Shown here piece by piece: positions 28,607 to 35,938 of a stretch of DNA of 59,973 nucleotides. Within the stretch, counting starts at the first letter, position 1. Every line of letters begins with the position of its first letter. The stretch spans positions 1 through 59,973 of the forward strand of contig JACOMV010000017.1 in NCBI GenBank assembly GCA_014324065.1, given 5' to 3'. The notes beneath the pieces were generated by a model that had not been told where the DNA came from, made no database searches, and saw nothing but the letters and a program-made list of their open reading frames with translations. The position numbers and the translations under genes are program-made. This stretch comes from Hormoscilla sp. SP12CHS1 (GTDB lineage: Bacteria > Cyanobacteriota > Cyanobacteriia > Cyanobacteriales > Desertifilaceae).

Positions 28607-28993
28607 AATCCGGCATCTCTCATGGGTTATCTTCTATAATAAGACAGAAAAGACCTGTTGTCTACAGCTCATGTACCCTTGGGTCCCCCGATGGGTGCCT
28701 TCTCTACTGGTACCGGAGCGCGATCTTGCTGGTCGGACTGTTCTATAATAAGGCTTATTCGGTGATTTTGCTATCACCTGCCCATCTCCCGATCTGGATC
28801 CAGGGCCCGCCGGGGGTTGCAAACCCCCGCGTCATAGCTTAAATCGGTTAAAACCCACTAAAAACATTATCGGCTAAAAACAGGATCTCAGATGAAGCCG
28901 ATTTTTAACTAAAGAAGTAGAACCTGCTGCTATAATCAGGCTTATCCCCTGATTTTACTATTAGTTGCCCATCTCCCGATCGGGCCGAGTACC

Positions 28994-29287
28994 ATGACAG
29001 ACAAAGATATGTTGTCCACAAGGGAACCAGAAGCAGTTCAGCTTCTGGCTGCCGATATTTGCGAACTCAAGGAACTGCTGCGCAATATTTATGGTAAAAT
29101 TACCCTGATTGAAACTAGGGTAAAAAATTTATTCCCCTCTGATTTTACTTTCACGAATGAAACAGATTCATTAACTGAAGACGAGGAACTAGCTGCTATG
29201 GCACGCGATCCCGAAATTCAAGCTGAAATTGCTGCAATAAACAAAGAATTTGCTGTTGCTGAAATGGATGGCTTGTCAGGACTATGA
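28994..29287 (+). CDS. Putative antitoxin (upstream partner of a MazF/PemK-like remnant)
   Basis: 97-aa acidic ORF. Its stop overlaps the ATG of the toxin remnant (ATGA). Confidence 0.45.
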   Translation: MTDKDMLSTREPEAVQLLAADICELKELLRNIYGKITLIETRVKNLFPSDFTFTNETDSLTEDEELAAMARDPEIQAEIAAINKEFAVAEMDGLSGL

Positions 29288-29412
29288 TTATCCAAAGATC
29301 CCAGATATATTTTGTAAATCTCAACCCAGTGATAGGTAGAGAACAGGCAGGGGGTAGAATATCCCCAATATATTTTGTGAATTTCAAGTCCACATTGGTA
29401 ATGGTATGCTAG
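29284..29412 (+). pseudogene. Truncated MazF/PemK-like toxin remnant
   Basis: MIIQRSQIYFVNLNPVIGREQAGGR matches the MazF/PemK N-terminal pattern. It then degenerates, with an internal partial duplication ATATATTTTGTrAAT, and stops after 42 codons. Confidence 0.55.
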
Positions 29413-29443
29413 AATAAAGACAGGCGTGATTAAGACAAAAACT

Positions 29444-30241
29444 ATGCACTTGACTTGGTATGACAGCAACTCCTGGCTGATAGAACTAGGAGATAAACGC
29501 ATACTCCTCGACCCCTGGTTAGTGGGAGACTTGGTCTTTGGCAACCTCACCTGGTTCTTCAAAGGTTCTCGACCTCAACCTCGCCCCATTCCCGAAAACA
29601 TAGATTTGATTATCTTATCTCAGGGTTTGGAAGACCACGCCCATCCTCCCACTCTCAAGCAACTGGACAAGAATATTCCCGTGGTTGCTTCTCCTAATGC
29701 TGCGGAGGTAGTGAAAGAGTTGGGTTATAATCAGATTATCGCTCTCACTCACGGAGAAACATTCACCTACGATCGGACTCTGGAAATTCAAGCGGTGCCA
29801 GGTTCGCTGGTTGGGGTTAATCTGGTAGAAAATGGTTATCTACTCAAGGAAAGAGAGCGGGAGTTGACGATATATTACGAACCTCACGGTTCTCACGACC
29901 CCAAACTGAAATACGCTGCGCCAATAGATGTAGTGATAACCCCGATCGTTGACTTGGCCCTGCCCCTAGTGGGACCGATAATTAAGGGAATGTCGAATGC
30001 CCTAGAACTGGCAAAATGGGTGCAACCCCAAGTGATGATTCCTACTGCTGCTGGCGGGGATGTAGTTTTTGAGGGATTGCTAAATTCTCTGTTACGGGCT
30101 AAAGGAAGTATAGAGGAGTTTCGCGAGCAGTTGCAAGTAAATGGTCTGGAGACCAGGGCGATCGCGCCCTTACCAGGCGATCGGATGGAAATAAAATTAG
30201 ATCGGGTTCGTAGTAAGGACTTTAGTCCTTCAGGTTCGTAG
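29444..30241 (+). CDS. MBL-fold metallo-hydrolase
   Basis: MHLTWYDSNSWLIELGDKRILLDPW ... SQGLEDHAHPPTL. The last ~12 codons are encoded by the 28-bp tandem repeat. Confidence 0.75.
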   Translation: MHLTWYDSNSWLIELGDKRILLDPWLVGDLVFGNLTWFFKGSRPQPRPIPENIDLIILSQGLEDHAHPPTLKQLDKNIPVVASPNAAEVVKELGYNQIIALTHGETFTYDRTLEIQAVPGSLVGVNLVENGYLLKERERELTIYYEPHGSHDPKLKYAAPIDVVITPIVDLALPLVGPIIKGMSNALELAKWVQPQVMIPTAAGGDVVFEGLLNSLLRAKGSIEEFREQLQVNGLETRAIAPLPGDRMEIKLDRVRSKDFSPSGS

Positions 30242-30304
30242 TAAGGACTTTAGTCCTTCAGGTTCGTAGTAAGGACTTTAGTCCTTCAGGTTCGTAGTAA
30301 GGAC
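30205..30304 (+). repeat. 28-bp tandem repeat GGTTCGTAGTAAGGACTTTAGTCCTTCA, about 3.6 copies (family B)
   Basis: Copies start at 30205, 30233, 30261 and 30289 (partial). Each holds the hairpin AAGGACTTTAGTCCTT. Confidence 0.9.
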
Positions 30305-30317
30305 AGCAGCTAATACA

Positions 30318-31364
30318 ATGGTAGGCTGGCTCTACGTGCTGAGTGGGATTATTATGGCTCTGTTGGCAATTGCGGCGATATTGCCTCCCCGATCGCTCGT
30401 CGGCATTCAGGTCAAGAGGAGTCCCATCCCCCCGGTGAGTGCGGGAGATCGCCTGACGATCTCCATCGAGATTGAAAATCAGACTCTGCAACCGAAAACT
30501 CTGCTGGAAGTTCGCGATATTCTGCCCTTTGTCCTGGGGGAACCAGCGGAACAGGCGATCGACCTAATTCCCCCCCAAGGGGTCTTCAAGTGGGTTTACT
30601 ACTATCAGACCAAAAAACGGGGGATTTACCGTTGGCATCGGCTATATTTGAGAACAGCAACCCCTCTAGGGTTGTTTTGGTGTCGGCGATCGCGCCCTGC
30701 TGAAGCGAGGGCAATTGTAGATCCGAAGGTATTGCCACTAAGCAATTGCCCAATTATCGATCGCATGGGGGAAAAAGACGCCCTCAAATTTAGGAGCGAT
30801 CGGCGAGGTTTCCAAAACGCCAGCGAAGGACTAACACGTGCCTTACGACCTTACCGGGTCGGGGATCCCTTTCGTTTAATCCATTGGCGTACCAGTGCTC
30901 GTCACGGGGAACTGTTAGTGCGAGAATTAGAAGTAATGACGGGCGGTCAAGAAGTAATCATCTGCTTGGATACAGCTTTTACCTGGAATAGCGATGATTT
31001 TGAACAAGCAGTAATAGCTGCTGCATCCCTATACTTTTATGCTTCCCGGCGTCAGATGAACGCGAGACTCTGGACAGCAGCAACAGGTTTACTGCAAGGA
31101 TATCGGGTAGTGTTAGAAGCTTTGGCAGCAACGAATTTTAATGAAGAAGTAAAACCTGATAGTTACTTACCGGATCTGCCCGCAGTCTGGTTGACACAAA
31201 ATCCTGGTAGTTTGAATGGGTTGCCAGTGGGGAGTCGCTGGGTATTGTGGAGGCCACCAGACTCGGAAAGGACCGAGAAAAACTTGGTGAATCACGATTA
31301 TCCCGGTTTGACGATCAAGGGTTCCGAAGAACTAGCAACTCAGCTGCAAAAGCGGCTATGGTAA
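30318..31364 (+). CDS. DUF58 domain protein
   Basis: N-terminal TM segment. RPYRVGDPFRLIHWRTSARHGELLVRELE signature. Confidence 0.8.
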   Translation: MVGWLYVLSGIIMALLAIAAILPPRSLVGIQVKRSPIPPVSAGDRLTISIEIENQTLQPKTLLEVRDILPFVLGEPAEQAIDLIPPQGVFKWVYYYQTKKRGIYRWHRLYLRTATPLGLFWCRRSRPAEARAIVDPKVLPLSNCPIIDRMGEKDALKFRSDRRGFQNASEGLTRALRPYRVGDPFRLIHWRTSARHGELLVRELEVMTGGQEVIICLDTAFTWNSDDFEQAVIAAASLYFYASRRQMNARLWTAATGLLQGYRVVLEALAATNFNEEVKPDSYLPDLPAVWLTQNPGSLNGLPVGSRWVLWRPPDSERTEKNLVNHDYPGLTIKGSEELATQLQKRLW

Positions 31365-31370
31365 GCCACC

Positions 31371-31544
31371 GCCCGAACCCTAGCCCGAACCCTAGCCTGA
31401 ACCCTAGCCCGAACCCTAGCCTGAACCCTAGCCCGAACCCTAGCCCGAACCCTAGCCCGAACCCTAGCCCGAACCCTAGCCCGAACCCTAGCCCGAACCC
31501 TAAAGGGTCCGGCTACACAAACAAAGCCCGCCTGCGCGGGCTGT
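31371..31544 (+). repeat. 12-bp tandem array (GCCyGAACCCTA, 11 copies) fused to a family-A two-hairpin module
   Basis: Copies every 12 bp from 31371 to 31502, then CCGAACCCTAAAGGGTCCGG, GCTACACAAACAAAG and CCCGCCTGCGCGGG. Confidence 0.9.
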
Positions 31545-31581
31545 AGACAAAAGTAAGATGTTACTAAACAAAATGAAATAA

Positions 31582-31680
31582 CTAATCTCCTCTTGATTCT
31601 TCCCGGATAAAAGCCCAAATAATTATGCCCAGCATCAACAGCCCAATAATAATAGAAATTCCGATGTTAATCACTGTCAC
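31582..31680 (-). CDS. Candidate 32-aa hydrophobic peptide (VTVINIGISIIIGLLMLGIIIWAFIREESRGD)
   Basis: GGAG upstream and a GTG start. A paralogous 3-prime portion at 32619-32699 differs mostly by synonymous or conservative changes. Confidence 0.35.
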   Translation of the reverse strand: MTVINIGISIIIGLLMLGIIIWAFIREESRGD

Positions 31681-31718
31681 TTACTCCTGTAAAAATTAAT
31701 TGTTTAGACTCGTTAGAC

Positions 31719-32010
31719 GCGCGTTCCCTGGTGGAACCAAGGAACGCGCAACTGAGGCTCTGCCTCCTGTCTCTAGCTATTCTCAATTATCACATTTTTA
31801 CGAAATTATCACATTTTAGACCGCGCAACTGAGGCTCTGCCTCCTGTCTCTAGCTATTCTCAATTATCACATTTTTACGAATTGCGATCGCTCCCAACGA
31901 TATTTCCCTGGTTCCACCTGGGAACGCGCAACTGAGGCTCTACCTCCTGTCTCTAGCTATTCTCAATTATCACATTTTTACGAATTGCGATCGCTCCCAA
32001 CGATATTTTG
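31719..32010. repeat. Three copies of an 85-105-bp repeat (family D core GAGGCTCTGCCTC plus GGAACGCGC hairpins)
   Basis: CGCGCAACTGAGGCTCTrCCTCCTGTCTCTAGCTATTCTCAATTATCACATTTTTACGAA at 31745-31804, 31822-31880 and 31925-31984. Confidence 0.85.
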
Positions 32011-32012
32011 CA

Positions 32013-32231
32013 CTATGATACCAATGAATGTGTTTGTTCAACTTGCTCTGGCTCGATAAATTTAATTTCCTTGCCCTCTTCTAAAGCTTTGACTGCTACC
32101 TCAAACAAAGAGATAGCCTTTTGCAGGACATCAGCTTTATCACTATCTATCTTTTGAGCAAGACTGTCTAAAGTAGCATAAAGTTGGGGTGACATTTCCA
32201 TAATGAGCTTGATTTTTTCTTGTGTAGCCAT
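32013..32231 (-). CDS. Ribbon-helix-helix-like small protein
   Basis: MATQEKIKLIMEMSPQLYATLDSLAQKIDSDKADVLQKAISLFEV fits a strand-helix-helix layout. Confidence 0.45.
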   Translation of the reverse strand: MATQEKIKLIMEMSPQLYATLDSLAQKIDSDKADVLQKAISLFEVAVKALEEGKEIKFIEPEQVEQTHSLVS

Positions 32232-32699
32232 GGGATCCACCTCTCCTTGCTAATATACATTTTGTTTTTTGTTCGCACCTGGACCACGTCTAGATCGCGT
32301 TCATTTTCATTTTAGCAATCGTCCCCATAGATATCAAGTCTGGTTATATAGCACTCCTATCGGATCGCGCAGCGCAGCCATGTCTTTATGCAATAGGTCC
32401 CGATCGGCTACCGATGTTCCGGGCCCGCAACAGCACTTCATCGTCAGAACTCGCCGTCCCAATCCACTCAGGAGTTACCAGGTTTCTCTGTTTTCATGAT
32501 TGTCGATTGCTATATCACTGTTTGCCAAAATTTTGTCAACCAGACATATTTTTCCAGAGCGATCGCTCCCACGAGATGCCGAAGGCGGGCTGACAGCGAA
32601 ATCGCGCTTTTTAAATAACTAATCTCCTTTTGATTCTTCCCGAATAAAAGCCCAAGTAATGATGGCCAGCAGCAACAGGCCGATAAAAAACTCAACATT

Positions 32700-33014
32700 A
32701 GCGAGGCGGCGCTGCTGGGACTAGAAAACGTTGATTTAATCGCCCTCAGCGCCTGTCAAACCGCAATGGAAGCGGACTCCAACGGGGAAGAAATAGCGGG
32801 ACCAGCCTATCTATTTAAACGGGCGGTGATGGCGAGTCTCTGGAATGCACACGACAAAAGCACCAAGGAAATAATGGTGGAGTTTTACCAGCATCTGAAA
32901 GATGGGAAGATGAGCAAAGCGGAAGCGCTGCAACAGGCGAAGCTTACCCAGATTAAAAAGTCCCTGCATCATTTCTATTGGTCCCCGTTTATTCTGATTG
33001 GTGATGGCAGCTAA
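32700..33014 (+). pseudogene. 3-prime fragment of a CHAT-domain protein gene
   Basis: LENVDLIALSACQTA...GEEIAGPAYLF...ASLWNAHDKSTKEIMVEFY...HHFYWSPFILIGD is the C-terminal CHAT core. No N-terminal part. The junction at ~32700 abuts the repeat carrying the small-peptide paralog. Confidence 0.7.
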
Positions 33015-33131
33015 CGAATTCAAAATTATCAATCGTAAGTTTGGTTGAGGCCCGAAACCAAACCATCATACATTTCTGGATATATCGCCATTCATTCTCA
33101 ATTTACCATTCCCAATTTACCATTAAACAAT

Positions 33132-33503
33132 ATGTCATTACCAGATAAATTTTGGCAAGGGATCGAGCAATTCAACCAGCAAGAGTTCTACGCTTGTCAC
33201 GATCCTCTGGAAGCCTTATGGATAGAAGCATCAGAACCATAGAGAACTTTTTATCAAGGCATTCTGCAAATTGCTGTCGCCATCTATCACCTCGGCAATG
33301 ATAACTGGCTGGGTGCCGTTATTCTCCTGGGAGAAGGCATTTATCGCCTCAGTCGTTACCTGCCATACTATGCAGGACTTGATATCAACGAACTGCTAAC
33401 CGAGAGTCAAGAACTCCTGAAGCAGTTGCAACAAACAGGACCGGAAAATGTGAATTCAACTACCTGGAAATATCCCCAAATTGTGAAGATAGTTGATGGA
33501 TAG
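33132..33503 (+). pseudogene. DUF309-family gene with a single in-frame TAG
   Basis: FNQQEFYACHDPLEALWIEASEP-TAG(33240-33242)-RTFYQGILQIAVAIYHLGN... The frame is continuous from ATG 33132 to TAG 33501-33503. Confidence 0.65.
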
Positions 33504-33726
33504 TAGGGTGGGCACCGCCCACCAGAAGCTATCTGTAACGGATAATGGTTTAATTTGCGTTTGGTAGCTGAACTCTCTAGCCCGCGCCCGACCCTCGTTC
33601 CCTCCGCGAAACCTGGGAAGGTTTGGTGGCGGCGTGGTAGGTAAGCTTGCGTTGGGATGCGCCCGTTCTACCAGAATTGGCAACATCAGTTTACACTAGA
33701 ACTTAAAGTCAAATCCCAAAAACCAC

Positions 33727-34044
33727 ATGGCACTCGCACAAACAGAACATAGGTATATACAACTAAGGGAGCCTGGGGTTCCGATCGTCGAGGGAACTTC
33801 TATGAAAGTAGCGGAACTGATTACCTCCGTCAAAGCCTACGGCTGGAGTCCCGAAGAGTTGCTCTCAAATTACCCACACCTAACTATGAGCAAGATATAC
33901 TCAGCTTTAGCCTACTACTGGGACCACAAAGAGGAAATTGATGCTGACATAGACAGGCGGGAGCAGTATGTTAAGCAGTTAGAACTAGAAGCGGGCGAAT
34001 CAGCTTTTGCAGCCCGCATCCGCGCCCAAGGGTTACTACAATGA
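33727..34044 (+). CDS. DUF433-domain antitoxin-like protein
   Basis: PIVEGTSMKVAELI...GWSPEELLSNYPHLTMSKIYSALAYY. Confidence 0.7.
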   Translation: MALAQTEHRYIQLREPGVPIVEGTSMKVAELITSVKAYGWSPEELLSNYPHLTMSKIYSALAYYWDHKEEIDADIDRREQYVKQLELEAGESAFAARIRAQGLLQ

Positions 34045-34388
34045 GTTTATCGCTCTATATGGATGAAAACGTCCCCATCGCCATTACAAGAGGATTGCGA
34101 TCGCGAGACGTAGACGTTCTGACCGTCCAAGAAGATGGACTGACTAGCTTTCCCGACAATGTTATATTCGATCGGGCAACTAAACTAGGAAGGCTAGTAT
34201 TTTCACAGGATAGAGACTTTTTAGTTGAGGCAAGACACCGTCAAGCTGAAGGGATCGACTTTCCGGGAGTCATCTATGCCCGTCAATTTCGCGTTTCCGT
34301 TGGTGATTCTGTACGCGATCTAGAGATGATTGCCAAATTGGGTAATCCTCAAGAGTTTGCTAATCAGGTTGTATATCTGCCTTTATAG
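34041..34388 (+). CDS. DUF5615-family PIN-like protein (partner of DUF433)
   Basis: LYMDENVPIAITRGLRSRDVDVLTVQEDG. 4-nt overlap with the upstream gene. Confidence 0.65.
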   Translation: MSLSLYMDENVPIAITRGLRSRDVDVLTVQEDGLTSFPDNVIFDRATKLGRLVFSQDRDFLVEARHRQAEGIDFPGVIYARQFRVSVGDSVRDLEMIAKLGNPQEFANQVVYLPL

Positions 34389-34447
34389 CACGCTCGCGAT
34401 CGGAAGAGAGTGGCCCATCTCCTGCATTGCATTTCGTAATGACATTG

Positions 34448-34486
34448 CTTTGTTTGTGTAGTCCTACCCTAGCTGCTGCGCAGCAG
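34448..34486 (-). repeat. Partial family-A copy
   Basis: CTTTGTTTGTGTAG is the reverse complement of CTACACAAACAAAG, next to the palindrome GCTGCTGCGCAGCAG. The second hairpin is absent. Confidence 0.5.
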
Positions 34487-34534
34487 TTTCCTATGAGGGT
34501 TGGGGCCTGGTGATAGTTTGATGGCGATTAAAAA

Positions 34535-35578
34535 TTAAAAATCGCCAGGTTGATAAACTGCCCCAGGAGAACGATCGGGATTAATTTCCACTACTAAATC
34601 TACCAACTCTGGATTACTAATCAGAAGTTTAACGAACAGTTCGGGATGGAGACTGCGCCAAAAATATTGCACGAATTCATCAATCATACCATCAGTCATC
34701 CCCGACTTGCCAGCCGCGATCACTTCTCTTTCGGCCTGCTGGCGCCATTCCTTAGAGAGACGATAATCAGTCGGGTACAGCACTAGCAAACGGTCTAAAT
34801 ATTCCCAGAGAGGTAAATATTCGAGTAGTCTCTCGTTCATGTCGCGGGCAAATTGGAGATCGCCTGCTGTAATAATAGGCGAAGGTGGAGAATCGAAAAT
34901 TATAGGGTCGAGCGGTCTGACACCCACAAACCAACCTTCAAACAAGACAATATCAATATCTCGTACAACTTCTGGTGCCGTGCGATCGCCCTTCCCTCCC
35001 CAAGCAGACTTATCAAAGCGAGGAATTTCCACCCGTCCTTTTGCGTCACGCAGCTGGTGCAAAACGGCCATTCCCAACTTAACATCATGGGTTCCCGGGG
35101 GACCGCGCCAGACCAGACGAGGGTCTTGTTGTTTCAGCTGTTGGCGTTCGGCATAGGTTAAATACAAATCATCGATCGAAAGACTGAGACTATTGTATCC
35201 CAGTTGCTGTAGAATTAACTTCAGGACAGCTCCTAGGGTAGTTTTGCCAGTTCCCTGTCCTCCCAAAATGCCCTGGACTAGGGGCCGATCGCCCTGTTGT
35301 CTGGCTGTTCCCAACTGCATTCCTAAAGGTAACCACAGGTTCCAGAGAGTTGACAGCAGCAGATTTTCCGGGATCTGGGGACATAACCGCTGCACTTCGG
35401 GATATACTGAACGGAAGAGATGCGATCGCCTTTTAATGATTGTACTCACATTTGCTGGCGTAATGCCAAAGGCCCGGGATCGGGACTCATCGGCGATCGC
35501 CCCGAGTTCCATGGCCTGCCAGTCCGCTAAACCTAGTTCTTCTCCTGTTACCAACGTAATGAGAATATCTAACATCAA
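34535..35578 (-). CDS. D-glycerate 3-kinase (plant/cyanobacterial GLYK type)
   Basis: GGQGTGKTTL P-loop, LSIDDLYLT, RGPPGTHDV, PRFDKSAWGGKGDR and LFEGWFVG. Confidence 0.75.
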   Translation of the reverse strand: MMLDILITLVTGEELGLADWQAMELGAIADESRSRAFGITPANVSTIIKRRSHLFRSVYPEVQRLCPQIPENLLLSTLWNLWLPLGMQLGTARQQGDRPLVQGILGGQGTGKTTLGAVLKLILQQLGYNSLSLSIDDLYLTYAERQQLKQQDPRLVWRGPPGTHDVKLGMAVLHQLRDAKGRVEIPRFDKSAWGGKGDRTAPEVVRDIDIVLFEGWFVGVRPLDPIIFDSPPSPIITAGDLQFARDMNERLLEYLPLWEYLDRLLVLYPTDYRLSKEWRQQAEREVIAAGKSGMTDGMIDEFVQYFWRSLHPELFVKLLISNPELVDLVVEINPDRSPGAVYQPGDF

Positions 35579-35910
35579 GAATTCAGCTTAAAAGCCTCAA
35601 CGAACAAACCGTAAATCAGACCAATTTTCAGCCCATTCAGCACCTCCGCCCATAAAATGCCCCTAAGTTGCTGCCCGCGACCGTAAATAATCCTACTGGC
35701 CAACTCTGTTAATAGTACCATAATTGCGGCCACCACCATATCCTGCTCGGCCCTCTGTCCCGAGAAACTAGACACCACCGATGCCAGTAGGAAACCGAAC
35801 AGCAAACTAATTACCTGCAAGGATAAGCGCCGCCAGGGATTGCGCAATCCTCGGTTCAGCAGATCGCCTGCGTCATCTATAATTCTATTGAGGCGGGTAT
35901 TCTGTGTCAT
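35575..35910 (-). CDS. Ycf20-like (DUF565) membrane protein
   Basis: 111 aa with two or three TM segments. RRLSLQVISLLFGFLLA pattern. Confidence 0.55.
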   Translation of the reverse strand: MTQNTRLNRIIDDAGDLLNRGLRNPWRRLSLQVISLLFGFLLASVVSSFSGQRAEQDMVVAAIMVLLTELASRIIYGRGQQLRGILWAEVLNGLKIGLIYGLFVEAFKLNS

Positions 35911-35938
35911 GCCAATTTACTGGTAAAATGAGGAACTG

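Noticed and set aside
31247-31618. ORFs translating repeats: PNPS-repeat (31247-31546 +), RVRA-repeat (31340-31618 -), 20145-20387 (-), 24662-25021 (-), 46494-46922 (+), 13452-13834 (several), 450-713 (-)
   Set aside because: They lie wholly in tandem or dispersed repeats or antisense to real genes. Their periodic sequence is a by-product of the DNA repeat.
6259-33242. Three in-frame TAG codons (6259, 23858, 33240) considered as amber readthrough or stop-codon recoding
   Set aside because: Other disrupted genes here use TGA (24213), TAA (cNMP gene) or indels. TAG also serves as an ordinary stop (for example uvrC and the DUF309 end). Plain nonsense mutations are the simpler explanation.
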